Source: Escherichia coli
Lineage (GTDB): Bacteria; Pseudomonadota; Gammaproteobacteria; Enterobacterales; Enterobacteriaceae
Direction: 5' to 3' (one strand)
Assembly: GCF_044324785.1 (NCBI RefSeq)
Contig: NZ_CP172127.1
DNA: 64,000 nucleotides
A model generated the notes under the pieces. The model was not told the origin of the DNA. It saw only the letters and a program-made list of their open reading frames with translations, and did no database searches. Positions 1 through 13,663 of this stretch are shown in pieces. A program made the position numbers and the translations under genes. The first letter of the stretch is position 1. The number at the start of each line of letters is the position of its first letter.

Positions 1-1230
1 TACGCCAAGACGTACCGCCTGATCAATAACAATGCGCGCAACGTCAAAGTGACGTGCACGCGGATACTGTGACAGATATTCGCGTACCACCAGACCAAGA
101 TCCAGCGGCACTTGTCTGGTTTTGTACACGGCAAGTTGTTCTTCGATGATCGCCGCCAGCTGTTCGCGGATCTCGTTAAACTCTTCGTATTCCAGATCCT
201 CAGGAAGTTCCCCAGTCACTTCTTCATCGCGCAGTGCCATCTCTTCGTCACGCATATCCAGCAGACGATCGGCATTGGCATAAGTTAGCGCCCACGGCTC
301 ATCAAAATAGGTTTGTACCGACTGACGTAACCGCTGGGCAAAGACACGGTTTTTATCCATATCGATAGCGGTACGGATAAATTTATGTACGTGGCGGTCG
401 TAGCCAATCCACAAATCGATGGATTGCTGGCCCCAGCTGATAATACGGTCAAGTTTGCTCTGCAGATCGAATACCAGACGATCGACAAAATGCAGATCGT
501 CATGGGTCATCGTCGCATCCTGAATGCGCAACAGATTAGCCTGCAACTTGTCGCCTGCCGCTTCCAGCGTATCCTGCAATTCACGCAGCGTGCCGGAAGT
601 TTCCGAAAGCAACAATTCACAGCTGGAGATCGCCGCCCGCCAGTCTTTGTTCAGCAACTGGGCGATATCGTCCTTCACCTGCTGCTGCTGTTCGTCCATC
701 AGACGTTGCGTCAGGTCGATACTGTCGAAAATTTCTGCTACCGAATATTTCAGTGGCGCATAAACATTACGGTGCCAGTGAAATTCATCACCGCCCTCTT
801 CGGCGGCATCTGCCGCGCGTTTGAGCTCACCCGCCACAATCGACAACTGCATAGAAAGGCGCAGCGTAGAAAACTCGCGCTGACGGATGTAATAGTCAGT
901 AATGCCGATGCCGAGCGGCGTCAGACGGTAAATTGCGTTCCCTTCCGCCTGCTCGCTGGTAAAGCGGTTCAGCAGACGTTGACGCACCATGTCGTTGATC
1001 GCGTTGTTGGCGCGCACGCCGATGGTTTCGCTGGTTTGCTCAAACGCATCACTCACATGGCGGAATGCATCCACCAGCTCGCCTTCACTCATCTCACCAT
1101 CCAGACGCTCGCCGTTCAGCGTGGCAACCGCCAGCAGAAAAGAGAGTCGGTCTACCGGCAGCGAGATGGAGAAGTCATTTTTTCTGGCCCAGGCAACCAG
1201 TTCGGGGACTGTCTGGGAAAATTCACTCAT
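1..1230 (-). CDS. mukF: Chromosome partition protein MukF, 5' portion (gene runs off the window start; about 410 codons present)
   Basis: Reverse complement from 1230 translates [24 protein letters not shown]...; the window edge reads ...[14 protein letters not shown] start/stop overlap with smtA at 1227-1230. Confidence 0.9.
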
Positions 1231-2012
1231 ACTTTATCCTTGCTCTGCGGTTTGCGCGCGGTGACATGAATATAACGCCCCAGGGTAATATACGGTTCCT
1301 GACGGCAATAACGCGTTTCTAATTCAAGTAATGCTTCATAGCAGTCGCGCTGCTGGTGCTTCTCGCGCAGATAATCATGAAACACGCGAACGCCTGTCTT
1401 ACCCATAATTTGCCAACCAGCTTCTTCCAGCCACAGATAAACCTGCGCCGGGTCGCGTGGATAATCTGGCGAAAGCGTCCGTTTTTTCTTTTTCGGCATT
1501 CCCGCCTGCACGTAATCAAAATTCCCGGCGACCATGTTATGCATCAACAAACCATGCGCATTGTAGAACATTAACGACAACACACCGCCTGGACGCAACA
1601 CTGACCACAGGGTCTGTAATACGCTGCGGGGATCGGCCACCCACTCGAGCACCGCATGGAACAATATCAGATCAACGGGCGTTTCCAAATGCGAAGCAAC
1701 ATCCTGAGCGGCGCAATGTATAAATTGCATGTTGTCGCTCACACCTTTTGCTTCTGCCGCCTGTTTTGCGCGGTCGATCATCTGCGCAGAAAGATCGCAT
1801 AAAATGACCTGATGCCCGCGCTCAGCCATTTTGATTGCGGTCTGCCCTTCTCCACCGCCAGCATCCAGCACACGCAGTTTTTGCGGGCCCATTTCCGCCA
1901 GCACGCGATCGAGATCCTGCCACAGAATAGCCTGTCGAAGCTGCCCTTTGGTGGTGCCGTAAATGTTACGGGAAAACTTTTCCGCAATATCATCAAAATT
2001 GCGATCCTGCAT
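1227..2012 (-). CDS. smtA: SAM-dependent methyltransferase SmtA/CmoM
   Basis: ORF 1227..2024; likely start at the internal [13 protein letters not shown]; glycine-rich [11 protein letters not shown]-binding motif. Confidence 0.85.
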
Positions 2013-2147
2013 TGCTTTCTCCACCGGTTGGCTAAGACGTTTTCTGATAAAGACGCTATTTTGTCACAGCCACGGCGAGAATGAACCCGTCTGGTGTAAT
2101 ATCGCTGGCGATCCCTTGCTATATGGTTAAAAAAGGAACCAGAAAGG

Positions 2148-2927
2148 ATGCTTTTTACACTGAAAAAAGTGATTGGCAATATGTTGCTGCCACTTCCGCT
2201 GATGTTGTTGATTATTGGCGCTGGCCTGGCGCTGCTGTGGTTTAGCCGTTTTCAAAAAACCGGGAAGATTTTTATTAGCATTGGGTGGCTGGCGCTCTTG
2301 TTATTGAGTTTGCAACCGGTAGCCGACCGCCTGCTGCGTCCCATCGAAAGCACCTATCCGACATGGAATAATTCGCAAAAAGTGGACTATATCGTGGTGC
2401 TCGGAGGTGGTTATACCTGGAACCCGCAGTGGGCACCAAGCTCGAATTTAATCAATAACAGTCTGCCCCGCCTGAATGAAGGTATTCGCTTATGGCGCGA
2501 AAATCCGGGATCAAAACTGATCTTCACGGGAGGCGTAGCAAAAACCAATACGGTGAGTACAGCGGAAGTAGGTGCCAGAGTTGCGCAATCGCTGGGCGTG
2601 CCGCGCGAGCAAATTATCACCCTGGATTTGCCAAAAGATACCGAAGAAGAAGCTGCGGCAGTGAAACAGGCGATTGGTGACGCCCCTTTCCTGCTGGTGA
2701 CCTCCGCATCACATCTGCCGCGGGCGATGATCTTTTTTCAGCAGGAAGGGCTAAATCCGCTGCCAGCCCCGGCGAATCAGTTGGCCATCGACTCGCCGCT
2801 TAATCCGTGGGAACGGGCAATCCCTTCTCCGGTTTGGTTGATGCATAGCGATCGTGTTGGCTATGAAACGCTTGGCCGCATCTGGCAGTGGCTAAAAGGT
2901 TCGTCAGGCGAGCCACGGCAAGAGTGA
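2148..2927 (+). CDS. elyC: Envelope biogenesis factor ElyC (DUF218)
   Basis: 259-aa ORF with N-terminal TM segment; conserved position between smtA and ycbJ. Confidence 0.85.
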   Translation: MLFTLKKVIGNMLLPLPLMLLIIGAGLALLWFSRFQKTGKIFISIGWLALLLLSLQPVADRLLRPIESTYPTWNNSQKVDYIVVLGGGYTWNPQWAPSSNLINNSLPRLNEGIRLWRENPGSKLIFTGGVAKTNTVSTAEVGARVAQSLGVPREQIITLDLPKDTEEEAAAVKQAIGDAPFLLVTSASHLPRAMIFFQQEGLNPLPAPANQLAIDSPLNPWERAIPSPVWLMHSDRVGYETLGRIWQWLKGSSGEPRQE

Positions 2928-3797
2928 TTTTGATGCCAGATCGAAGTTGCGCCGACTAAATCGTCCGGTATTAACCAGTTGCGCAACTTCATCCCATAAC
3001 ACATACAACCAACGCCGCCAGATGAATGACTCCGCCACTGGCGCGCGTTGCAGGTAACTCCAGAGCAAATCTTCCGCCAGAGAATTATCCATTAGTCGGA
3101 ACAGTTCGTATTCTCGCGGTGCCCAAAGCATTAGTCCCGGCCCGACCATCGCCAGTAACTGATCGCTGCGCGAATCTTTCAGCATGCTGCGTAAACAGAA
3201 GTTACCGTGAATCAGCACACAATTGTCGTTAAAGCCTTCAAATAATGCCGGGAGACATTCGCGAGTACGAAACAGGATCCGCTTATCCTGCATCGTTAGA
3301 CCGGTGTTATTGAACTGATTGAGCGTGGTCCATAGCACTTCAACATGTTGCCGGTACCATGAGGGCCAGAAATTTTCCTGAGTATTGTCGACCGCGCCGA
3401 CGCAACCGCGACTGTCCTGACGGTGCCAGGCCAGTAAGGCTTCAACGATTTGATCTTTGAGTTGTTCCCAGCGTTCTGGTGTTCGGGCTGGTGCCTCCAC
3501 CGAAACACCACGCATCCGCTCCAGTAGCAGGACATCGGGGCCGGGGTGTTCTTCATGCGTCATCACACCATAAATAGTCGGCATACGGACAGTCCCACTT
3601 CTTGCCAGCATGGTGGTTTTCCATGCCAGTTGTCGGGCTTTTCCGGGCGTACTAAAGCTTCTTGCCATTAACGGCATTGGGTTTCCCTGGCTGTCATACA
3701 AAGCCCACAACGCCGTATCCGCTTTTTCATTGACGCACTCAATACGACTGAGTTTCTCGCCCAGTAAATGGCTTAATTCGGCACGCAGCTGTTCCAT
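2904..3797 (-). CDS. ycbJ: Putative kinase/phosphotransferase YcbJ
   Basis: 297-aa ORF; convergent 24-bp overlap with elyC; synteny. Confidence 0.8.
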   Translation of the reverse strand: MEQLRAELSHLLGEKLSRIECVNEKADTALWALYDSQGNPMPLMARSFSTPGKARQLAWKTTMLARSGTVRMPTIYGVMTHEEHPGPDVLLLERMRGVSVEAPARTPERWEQLKDQIVEALLAWHRQDSRGCVGAVDNTQENFWPSWYRQHVEVLWTTLNQFNNTGLTMQDKRILFRTRECLPALFEGFNDNCVLIHGNFCLRSMLKDSRSDQLLAMVGPGLMLWAPREYELFRLMDNSLAEDLLWSYLQRAPVAESFIWRRWLYVLWDEVAQLVNTGRFSRRNFDLASKSLLPWLA

Positions 3798-3950
3798 TCA
3801 GATTACCCTCATAAAAGCTACTGCTTTCATAATGAGCGCCAATATAAAAGATGTCACCTGAATGAGATCAATTGTTGAAAAGAAAAATTGAGGAAAATCG
3901 TAACGGTACGACACTCCTCCCAAAATTGGCTGGAGTGTCGTGAAGTGAAA

Positions 3951-4876
<926 letters not shown>

Positions 4877-4927
4877 AGTTCCTCCAGATGGATCGGGTTA
4901 TGAATGCATAAATCTTATCATAATCAT

Positions 4928-6160
4928 TTATGCGACGGGGTCTATTTCCCAGCCGGTGCGGCAATCAGTAAAGAGGCCTTGCGGGCAGCGTCCTAATGTC
5001 ACCCGCGTTGCCTGCTGCCAGTTAGCGAAATCAGTAATCGCCTGACGTAACCCTTTTTGCAGCGTTGTAGTTGGTTTAATACCTTCTTGTAACCACAGAG
5101 AGATAACTTCAAGGATGCCTGTCTGGCGATGCATTTTGGCATCCATTCGCCCAACTAATTGCCCACGATGTAATAACGGCAGAACAAAATAGCCATACTG
5201 GCGTTTCGGCGCTGGGGTATAGCACTCCAGCCGGTAGCTAAAATCAAAAAGCTGCTCTGCGCGTTTGCGATCCCAGACAACAGGATCAAAAGGCGAAAGT
5301 ACCGCGCTGTGCGTTGCAGTGAGCTTTCCGGCCAGCGCACGCTCGAGTAGCGGCAGCAAATCAGCATGCAGCCAAAGATTGCCCAATTTTTCAACATGCA
5401 CAGCAATGATTTGCTGCTGTTCAGCCCTCGCTTCGCGCCAAGCCGCCAGTGCCGGACGTTTCAGCCGATAGTAATCTGCCAGCCACTGTTCGCGGAATAT
5501 TCCCAGGCTACGCGCACTGTTATCCAGCATGATGATTTCTGCTTCTGTTTGCGAAACGAGATCGCGCTCATCATCCCAGTCAGGCATGACACGGTAGGTT
5601 AAATCATAAACGCGCTGGAAGTTGCGCCGTTCAATCACCATCACTTTCCCGGCTGTAAATAAACCTTCCAGATGCCGTTTATGCGGCTTCCACTCCCACC
5701 AGCCGCTTGCACCTTTACGAGGATGCTCAAAATCGGCTGAACGTACCGGCCCCTTATCATGAATATGCTGAATTAACTGTGCAATTTCCGCCGCATGTTC
5801 CTGCATCCAGGCGTTTTTGTATTTCCAGCCCATTTTTTCAGGTGCCAGCATGCGGTGGCGAATAAGACGAAAGTCGCTACGCGGCATAAAGCAGGCTTCA
5901 TGCGCCCAGTATTCCATTAATTCACCACGCGCCAGAGACTCATCCAGCCATTGCGCAGGATAATTTCCCAGACGACTGAAAAGCACCAGATATGGGCTAC
6001 GGGCAACAATATTGATGGTATCGATTTGCAGCAAGGACATGCGGGAGATCGTTGCCGGAATATCCTCCAACGATGCTCGACGGCGGGGTTTGTTTAACAG
6101 GCCTTGCGCGGCAAGGTGAAGATTACGCGCATCAGCAAGGGAGATGTGCGGCAGCGACAT
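4928..6160 (-). CDS. ycaQ: Winged-helix DNA-binding protein YcaQ
   Basis: 410-aa ORF; synteny between lpxK and ycaR. Confidence 0.8.
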   Translation of the reverse strand: MSLPHISLADARNLHLAAQGLLNKPRRRASLEDIPATISRMSLLQIDTINIVARSPYLVLFSRLGNYPAQWLDESLARGELMEYWAHEACFMPRSDFRLIRHRMLAPEKMGWKYKNAWMQEHAAEIAQLIQHIHDKGPVRSADFEHPRKGASGWWEWKPHKRHLEGLFTAGKVMVIERRNFQRVYDLTYRVMPDWDDERDLVSQTEAEIIMLDNSARSLGIFREQWLADYYRLKRPALAAWREARAEQQQIIAVHVEKLGNLWLHADLLPLLERALAGKLTATHSAVLSPFDPVVWDRKRAEQLFDFSYRLECYTPAPKRQYGYFVLPLLHRGQLVGRMDAKMHRQTGILEVISLWLQEGIKPTTTLQKGLRQAITDFANWQQATRVTLGRCPQGLFTDCRTGWEIDPVA

Positions 6161-6196
6161 TCATGACTCCATCAATCGAACGCTGCCGCGGCGTAA

Positions 6197-7183
6197 CTAG
6201 TTGCCAGAAGCCAGCGAGGTTAGTTGCGCAAGCAGTTTCGCTGGTTCATCACCTGAAAGCTGTGCGTCTACAGGCAAATACCACCAATTTTCTTCTGCAA
6301 AGGCCCGGCATTTCACCGCATCTTTTTCAGTCATTACCAGCGTTTGCCCGGCGCTTACCAACGCGCTGACATCCGCATGGTTCAAAGACTGATGATCGGC
6401 CAGCGGTATACATTTTTCCGGTTGTACGCCGCACATCTTCAGCGTGGCAAAAAAGCGCGGCGGATGACCAATCCCTGCCATCGCCACCACATGTTCAAGC
6501 TGAGCAACGTCACAACGCGTACCGGTACGTAAATTCACCGCCTGACCCGGCAGCAGATGCATGGGGATTTCACCGCTGCGGGGGACACCACCGTTGACAA
6601 TTACCGCATCAACCGACTTTAAGCGCCCCGCTCGCTCACGCATTGGCCCCGCCGGCAACCACCAGCCATTGCCAAAGCGACGCACACCATCAACAACGAC
6701 AATTTCCACATCACGCGCCAGACGGTAATGCTGTAAACCGTCGTCGGTTACGATGATCTGCACATCAGGGTGTTGCGCCAGAATGGCTTTTACCGCATCA
6801 GAACGCACGGGAGAAACCGCAACAGGCGCATCAGTGCGTTGATAAATCAACACAGGTTCATCACCCGCCTGTGCTGTGGTGGTATCTGCCGACAATAACA
6901 GCGGATAAGATTCAGCCTTACCACCATATCCCCGCGATACGACCCCCACGCGAATACCGCGCTGTTGCAGCTGTTCCACCAGCCAGACAACGACCGGGGT
7001 TTTTCCGTTGCCGCCTGCGGTGAGATTACCAACCACGACAACCGGTACGGGGGCACGCCAGGCGCGCTTCAGTTTTAGTTTATAGCAAAGACGGATCGCG
7101 CCACTCACCAGGCCATACAACCAGGAGAGTGGCAGCAAGAGCCGCCACAAAGGGGATTCACCAGACCAGATTTTTTCGATCAT
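6197..7183 (-). CDS. lpxK: Tetraacyldisaccharide 4'-kinase
   Basis: 328 aa; P-loop [12 protein letters not shown]; 4-bp overlap with msbA stop. Confidence 0.95.
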   Translation of the reverse strand: MIEKIWSGESPLWRLLLPLSWLYGLVSGAIRLCYKLKLKRAWRAPVPVVVVGNLTAGGNGKTPVVVWLVEQLQQRGIRVGVVSRGYGGKAESYPLLLSADTTTAQAGDEPVLIYQRTDAPVAVSPVRSDAVKAILAQHPDVQIIVTDDGLQHYRLARDVEIVVVDGVRRFGNGWWLPAGPMRERAGRLKSVDAVIVNGGVPRSGEIPMHLLPGQAVNLRTGTRCDVAQLEHVVAMAGIGHPPRFFATLKMCGVQPEKCIPLADHQSLNHADVSALVSAGQTLVMTEKDAVKCRAFAEENWWYLPVDAQLSGDEPAKLLAQLTSLASGN

Positions 7184-8928
7184 TGGCCAAACTGCATTTT
7201 GTGAAGTTGCGCGTAAACGCCACGGTGCTCAAGCAAATCGTTATGCGTACCGCGTTCCACAATGACACCATCCTCGACGACCACGATTTCGTCTGCCTTT
7301 TCAATGGTAGACAAGCGGTGGGCAATCACCAGAGAGGTACGGTTTTTCTGCAACTCATCCAGTGCCGCCTGAATCGCACGTTCAGATTCGGTATCCAGCG
7401 CCGAGGTAGCTTCGTCCAGAATCAGAATCGGGCTATCACGCAACAAGGCTCGAGCGATAGCAATACGCTGACGCTGACCGCCAGAGAGCAGCACGCCGTT
7501 TTCACCAATCACTGTATCGAGACCGTTATCCATCTTATTGATGAAGTCCATGGCGTAGGCCATACGCGCCGCTTCTTCAATTTGCTCACGGCTGTACTGT
7601 TCAGTCCGTGCGTAAGCAATGTTGTTAGCAACAGTATCGTTAAACAGATGGACATTCTGCGACACCAGAGCAACCTGGTTACGTAGCGACGCCAGGGTAT
7701 ACTCGCGCAGATCGTGACCATCCATCAGGATTTCGCCTTCATCAATATCGTAAAAACGCGTGATCAGGCTGGCGATGGTTGATTTACCCGAACCAGAGCG
7801 TCCAACCAGAGCAACCGTCTTCCCTGCCGGAATTTTCAGGTTGATGTTACGCAATGCGGGTACGTCACGTCCCGGATAAGTAAAGGTGACATTGCGGAAT
7901 TCCACGTCGCCAGTCGCACGCTCGATCACGCGCTTACCTTCGTCTTTCTCCTGCTCACTGTCCAGAATGGTAAACAGCGTCTGACAAGCCGCCATACCGC
8001 GCTGGAACTGGGCGTTAACGTTGGTCAGCGATTTCAGCGGACGCATCAGTGCAATCATTGAAGAGAAAACAACGGTAATCGTACCGGCAGTCAGGCTATC
8101 CATGACACTTGGGAAGCTCGCCGCATACAGAACAAACGCCAGCGCCAAAGAGGCGATCAGCTGAATGATCGGATCAGAGATGGAAGAGGCTGAAACCATT
8201 TTCATCCCCTGAAGACGCATTCGGTTGCTGACTTTATCGAAGCGTTTCGTTTCCACTTCCTGACCACCGAATATCAATACTTCTTTGTGGCCCTTCAGCA
8301 TTTGTTCTGCGCTGGTGGTCACCTGCCCCATGGTGTTCTGCATGTTTTTACTGATGTTACGAAAACGCTTCGATACAACGCGAATCGCAATCGAAACAAT
8401 CGGTGCCAGCACAATCAAAATGATCGACAGTTGCCAACTGTAATAGAACATCATGATGAACAGGCCGATGATCGACGCACCTTCACGCACAACAGTAATC
8501 AGTGCGCCAGAAGAAGAAGAAGCAACCTGTTCGGAATCGTAGGTGATACGTGACAACAGCGTACCCGTTGACTGTTTGTCAAAAAATGAAACAGGCATTC
8601 CCATCATGTGACCAAACAGGCGGCGACGCATAGTCATTACCACCTTTCCTGATACCCAGGAGATACAGTAGCTGGAGACATAGCTGGTGATACCACGTAA
8701 AATCATCAGCCCGATCACCACCAGCGGCATCCACACCAGCACGGAGCGATCTGTTTTACCAAAGCCATCATCAAGAAGTGGCTTAAGGAGCGATAACATG
8801 AAGGTATCGCTGGCTGCGTTGAGGATTAACGCTACGCCCGCCACGATCAGACCCGCTTTAAAAGGCGCAATGGTTGGCCACAGTCGGCGGAACGTCTGCC
8901 ACGTAGAGAGATCTTTGTCGTTATGCAT
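7180..8928 (-). CDS. msbA: Lipid A export ABC transporter MsbA
   Basis: 582 aa; Walker [13 protein letters not shown] signature LSGGQRQR, Walker [10 protein letters not shown]. Confidence 0.97.
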   Translation of the reverse strand: MHNDKDLSTWQTFRRLWPTIAPFKAGLIVAGVALILNAASDTFMLSLLKPLLDDGFGKTDRSVLVWMPLVVIGLMILRGITSYVSSYCISWVSGKVVMTMRRRLFGHMMGMPVSFFDKQSTGTLLSRITYDSEQVASSSSGALITVVREGASIIGLFIMMFYYSWQLSIILIVLAPIVSIAIRVVSKRFRNISKNMQNTMGQVTTSAEQMLKGHKEVLIFGGQEVETKRFDKVSNRMRLQGMKMVSASSISDPIIQLIASLALAFVLYAASFPSVMDSLTAGTITVVFSSMIALMRPLKSLTNVNAQFQRGMAACQTLFTILDSEQEKDEGKRVIERATGDVEFRNVTFTYPGRDVPALRNINLKIPAGKTVALVGRSGSGKSTIASLITRFYDIDEGEILMDGHDLREYTLASLRNQVALVSQNVHLFNDTVANNIAYARTEQYSREQIEEAARMAYAMDFINKMDNGLDTVIGENGVLLSGGQRQRIAIARALLRDSPILILDEATSALDTESERAIQAALDELQKNRTSLVIAHRLSTIEKADEIVVVEDGVIVERGTHNDLLEHRGVYAQLHKMQFGQ

Positions 8929-8964
8929 TCAAAAAACCAGCATTTGTTGAAATAGCCGCATATT

Positions 8965-11229
8965 CTACCCGTTATCCACTGGCACGCCAAACCACTGATG
9001 ATACCAACGAGGTAAAATTTGCTCCCTGAGGCTGCTAATCCGCCATCCTTGCGCTGAAAAATTGACCATTATTTGCCCCTGATGAGGAGTATCAAGCCAC
9101 TTATAACCCTGTTGTTGATAGCGATGTTTAACTTTGCTTGAGGGCAGTCGCCATGCGTTATAGCGCGATGCCGATGCGAGTGCCACTTTTCCATTCACTC
9201 GCTGAATTAATGGCAACGATGATGAGGTATTACTGCCATGGTGAGGTACCTGAAGCAATGTTGCCTGCACTTGCTGCCAGTAACGGCTTAGCATCTTTTG
9301 TTCAGCGGGGGCTTCAATATCACCGGTTAGAAGAATGCTATTCGTCCCGTCATCAACCTTAACCACACAGGAATGGTTATTTCCTTTATCGTTGCTAGCT
9401 TGTAAAGGCCAGTGCACGCTGAAACGCAATCCTTGCCATCGCCACTCTTCGCCACGCACACAGGGCTGATGATGTTCCCAGTTTAACGGACTTCTGATCC
9501 ATAACATCGGCCATGTATGCAATATTGAGTCCAGTCCTCCCCGGTGATCCAGATGTTCATGACTCAGAATAACGCCTTCCGGTTCAAGATTATGCCAGTG
9601 GAGCCAGGGGATAATCAGTTGTTGCCCACTATCTCCTTCAGGCCAGGCCAGTCCCGTGTCATAGAGAATCGCTTTGCCGTTTCTGGCTATCACCATTGCC
9701 AGCCCTTGCCCGACATCAAGCATGTACACTTGCCACTCGTCAGGTCGAGGTTTTTGCCACAGCGGCCAGCACATCAGCAAGCCTCCAGCCACACACATTG
9801 CTGGCAACGTTCGCCAGGCGTTTAATCGCCATACCGCCAGTAAGAACCATGGGGAAAATGTTAGCCATTGCCAACGTTCAGCAATGTTGATCCACCCTTC
9901 CGGCAAACTCTTTAACCCCCAGAAAAGTAAAGCCAAAGACTGGTCGGCAAGAAACCATAACCCTTGTTCCAGAATAAACGGCCCGCTTAAATGCGCAACC
10001 ATCGCGGCGAGGATCAACGGAACCGTGATAAATGTCACCAAGGGAATTGCAAAAAGATTTGCAATAAACGAGGTCAGACTAATGCCATGAAATATGACGA
10101 TTTGCACGGGCATAAGCAGGAGGGTGATTCCCAGTTGCAGATGGATGAGGGAAACAACCGCACGCAATACCGGCGGCAGCTGCCACTCAGGACAGGGAAA
10201 CCACTGATACCAAAAAATCAGTGCCGCGACCGCAGCGGCAGAGAGCCATAAACTTTGCGAGAGAATGGCAACAGGATCCATCAGCAAAATTGCCGCCAGA
10301 CAACATATCCATACATCCCAGCCACTCCATTGTCGCCCACTTAACTTAAGCATTCCCCACATGGCAAGCGCCACCACGGTACGCAATGCAGGAGGTTGCA
10401 TCCCAGTCAGCCAGGCATAAAAAGCAGCACAGCAGATTCCGCCAATTAATGGCATTTGCCAGTGGATCCAGCGCCCAGGCAGAAAAACTTGCCCACCGCG
10501 AATGAGTCCGGCAGCCAGCAACGCCGCAAAAGCGATATGCAATCCCGATATCGCCATTAAATGCGCCGTTCCAGTATCGCGCATGATATTTTTGATTTCT
10601 TTGGGAACGGATAACCGTTCCCCCATACCTAAACCAAGAATAACTGCATTCCACGGATAGGGTTGCAGCGTTGTTTGTAATGACGCCAGATACTGTGCAC
10701 GCAAGCTACAATTCGGTTCAATGACACTTGCCTGCAGAAAGCGGCCGGTCAGCGGCTGATGCTGGGCAATGGCATAACGCTGGCTATCAAAGCTGCCATC
10801 ATTAAGTTGGCCATGAACTGCACGAACTTTGAGTTTCATTGACCATAGTTGTCCAGCACAAACCGCTTGCGGAAGATATTCGCCATACAGCACGAGGCCT
10901 GGCGCAGGGAATATACGTCGACCTTGTAGATGAGTGACTTGACCGTAATGAGTGGTCATGCCGTCAGTAGCAGTGATCTCAACTATTGCATCCTGCGTCG
11001 CGCCAGTTAAGGTTTCTCCTGCCCACAAAATTTGCTTTGCCGCTGATATGCCCCAAAGAAAAAACAGCAACGTCAGCGCGATATAACGGACGGCTTTAAC
11101 AGGAATAAATGCCAGTACGCAGGCGAAGACAGTCAGAAACGCAAGGGTTAATGTCCCAGGCAATTGGGGCAAAACCAGCAACGGAAAAATTCCGCAAATT
11201 ATGCATACGCCGACTGTCGTTATTTTCAT
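8965..11229 (-). CDS. ycaI: ComEC/Rec2-family inner-membrane protein YcaI
   Basis: ORF 8965..11307; probable start at the internal MKITTVGV...; polytopic N-terminus plus C-terminal metallo-beta-lactamase-like HxHxDH (SHEHLDHRGG). Confidence 0.85.
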   Translation of the reverse strand: MKITTVGVCIICGIFPLLVLPQLPGTLTLAFLTVFACVLAFIPVKAVRYIALTLLFFLWGISAAKQILWAGETLTGATQDAIVEITATDGMTTHYGQVTHLQGRRIFPAPGLVLYGEYLPQAVCAGQLWSMKLKVRAVHGQLNDGSFDSQRYAIAQHQPLTGRFLQASVIEPNCSLRAQYLASLQTTLQPYPWNAVILGLGMGERLSVPKEIKNIMRDTGTAHLMAISGLHIAFAALLAAGLIRGGQVFLPGRWIHWQMPLIGGICCAAFYAWLTGMQPPALRTVVALAMWGMLKLSGRQWSGWDVWICCLAAILLMDPVAILSQSLWLSAAAVAALIFWYQWFPCPEWQLPPVLRAVVSLIHLQLGITLLLMPVQIVIFHGISLTSFIANLFAIPLVTFITVPLILAAMVAHLSGPFILEQGLWFLADQSLALLFWGLKSLPEGWINIAERWQWLTFSPWFLLAVWRLNAWRTLPAMCVAGGLLMCWPLWQKPRPDEWQVYMLDVGQGLAMVIARNGKAILYDTGLAWPEGDSGQQLIIPWLHWHNLEPEGVILSHEHLDHRGGLDSILHTWPMLWIRSPLNWEHHQPCVRGEEWRWQGLRFSVHWPLQASNDKGNNHSCVVKVDDGTNSILLTGDIEAPAEQKMLSRYWQQVQATLLQVPHHGSNTSSSLPLIQRVNGKVALASASRYNAWRLPSSKVKHRYQQQGYKWLDTPHQGQIMVNFSAQGWRISSLREQILPRWYHQWFGVPVDNG

Positions 11230-11380
11230 GCACCCCTCCGTGTTTATGGAAAGTGTGCAACTTTGTTGAGCGGTTGTCTGGTGGGAGTTTTGCGTTCCCC
11301 GAGGCACGTTCAGAAGAATTTAACGAGAGGGTGAAAACTGTTCAAAACTCTGCGAGGCTGCTTCCAGTTCCAGATTAGAG

Positions 11381-11410
11381 AAATGAAAAAAGCACCCGAC
11401 AGGTGCTTTT
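11381..11410 (-). terminator. Rho-independent terminator downstream of ihfB
   Basis: Minus strand reads AAAAGCACCTGTCGGGTGCTTTTTTCATTT: GC hairpin followed by a T-run. Confidence 0.75.
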
Positions 11411-11435
11411 CTCGCGTTCAAGTTTGAGTAAAAAC

Positions 11436-11720
11436 TTAACCGTAAATATTGGCGCGATCGCGCAGTTCTTTACCTGGTTTAAAGTGAGGAACGTATTTTC
11501 CTTCCAGTTCTACTTTATCGCCAGTCTTCGGATTACGTCCGGTACGTGGTGCGCGGTAGTGCAAAGAGAAACTGCCGAAACCGCGGATTTCAATACGCTC
11601 GCCCTGCGCAAGAGTCGAGGCCATATGCTCCAGCATCTCTTTTACTGCATCTTCAACCGTCTTGGCGGGAATGTGCGATTGCTGGGTGGCAAGTCTTTCT
11701 ATCAATTCTGACTTGGTCAT
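11436..11720 (-). CDS. ihfB: Integration host factor beta subunit
   Basis: 94 aa, [51 protein letters not shown]... Confidence 0.98.
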
Positions 11721-11879
11721 GATTCCTCCGGTTCCTTAAAGGCAAATTTAGCGGCTGCTGTTGCTGCATTGATTAAGGGCGGCCGTAGCCGCCCTTAGTG
11801 CTTGATTACAGGACGAAACCTGCAATCTGTCAAGTAAACTCAACAAACTTCGGAATAAAAATCCCGAAGAGTCAGAGAA

Positions 11880-13553
11880 TTACTCGCCTTTAGCTGCTTT
11901 GAAAGCTTCAGCCATTGCGTTGTTGGAGAAGTTTGCATCTTCCTGTTTGTTAACAGTTGCGATTGCATCTTTCTCGTCAGCTTCGTCTTTTGCACGAACA
12001 GACAGGCTGATTGCGCGGTTTTTACGATCAACGCCGGTGAATTTAGCTTCAACTTCGTCGCCAACGCTCAGAACCAGGGTAGCGTCTTCAACGCGGTCAC
12101 GGGATGCTTCAGAAGCACGCAGGTAACCTTCAACGCCGTCAGCCAGTTCTACGGTTGCGCCTTTAGCGTCAACTGCAGTTACTTTACCGGTTACGATAGC
12201 GCCTTTCTTGTTCAGAGCAACCCAGTTGTTGAACGGATCTTCTGCGAGCTGTTTAACGCCCAGGGAGATACGTTCACGTTCTGCGTCAACCTGCAGAACA
12301 ACTGCAGCGATTTCGTCGCCTTTTTTGTATTCACGAACTGCTTCTTCGCCTGCAACGTTCCAGGAGATGTCAGACAGGTGAACCAGGCCGTCGATGCCGC
12401 CGTCAAGGCCGATGAAGATACCGAAGTCAGTGATAGACTTGATTTTACCTTCAACACGGTCACCCTTGTTGTGGGTTTCCGCGAACTGCTGCCACGGGTT
12501 AGCTTTGCACTGTTTCAGACCCAGGGAGATACGACGACGTTCTTCGTCGATATCCAGAACCATAACTTCCACTACATCGCCAACGTTAACAACTTTGGAC
12601 GGGTGGATGTTTTTGTTGGTCCAATCCATTTCGGAAACGTGTACCAGGCCTTCAACGCCTTCTTCGATTTCAACGAAGCAGCCGTAGTCGGTCAGGTTGG
12701 TCACGCGACCAGTCAGTTTGGTACCTTCCGGATAACGTTTAGCGATAGCTACCCACGGATCTTCGCCCAGCTGTTTCAGGCCCAGGGATACACGGGTACG
12801 TTCGCGGTCGAACTTCAGCACTTTAACAGTGATTTCGTCGCCCACGTTGACGATTTCGCTCGGATGCTTAACGCGTTTCCAGGCCATATCAGTGATGTGC
12901 AGCAGGCCGTCAACGCCGCCCAGATCAACGAATGCACCGTAGTCAGTGAGGTTCTTAACGATACCTTTAACTTCCATGCCTTCCTGCAGGTTTTCCAGCA
13001 GCTGATCGCGCTCTGCGCTGTTTTCGGATTCGATAACGGCACGACGAGAAACAACAACGTTGTTGCGCTTCTGATCCAGCTTGATTACTTTGAATTCAAG
13101 CTCTTTGCCTTCCAGGTGCAGAGTGTCACGCACCGGACGAACGTCTACCAGAGAACCTGGCAGGAACGCACGAATACCGTTCAGCTCAACAGTGAAGCCG
13201 CCCTTAACTTTGCCGTTGATAACACCGGTAACAGTTTCAGCATCTTCGTAAGCTTTTTCCAGCGTGATCCAGGCTTCGTGACGTTTAGCTTTCTCACGGG
13301 ACAGCAGAGTTTCACCGAAGCCGTCTTCTACTGCGTCCAGAGCAACGTCAACTTCGTCACCTACCTGGATTTCCAGCTCGCCCTGGGCATTTTTGAACTG
13401 CTCAGCCGGGATGGCGGACTCAGATTTCAGACCAGCGTCAACCAGTACTACGTCTTTGTCGATAGCAACAACAACGCCACGAACGATAGAACCCGGGCGG
13501 GTTTCGATTTCTTTTAAGGACTCTTCAAAGAGTTGAGCAAAAGATTCAGTCAT
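11880..13553 (-). CDS. rpsA: 30S ribosomal protein S1
   Basis: 557 aa, [34 protein letters not shown]...; repeated S1 domains. Confidence 0.98.
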
Positions 13554-13663
13554 GTTTAATCTTCAGGTTTATATTTAACGTCCACCTGGCTCCATGCCGG
13601 ATGGGGTTGTTTAACATACCCGCTGTCATTCCATTGCAACGGGGGTACTGCAAATTCGGTCGC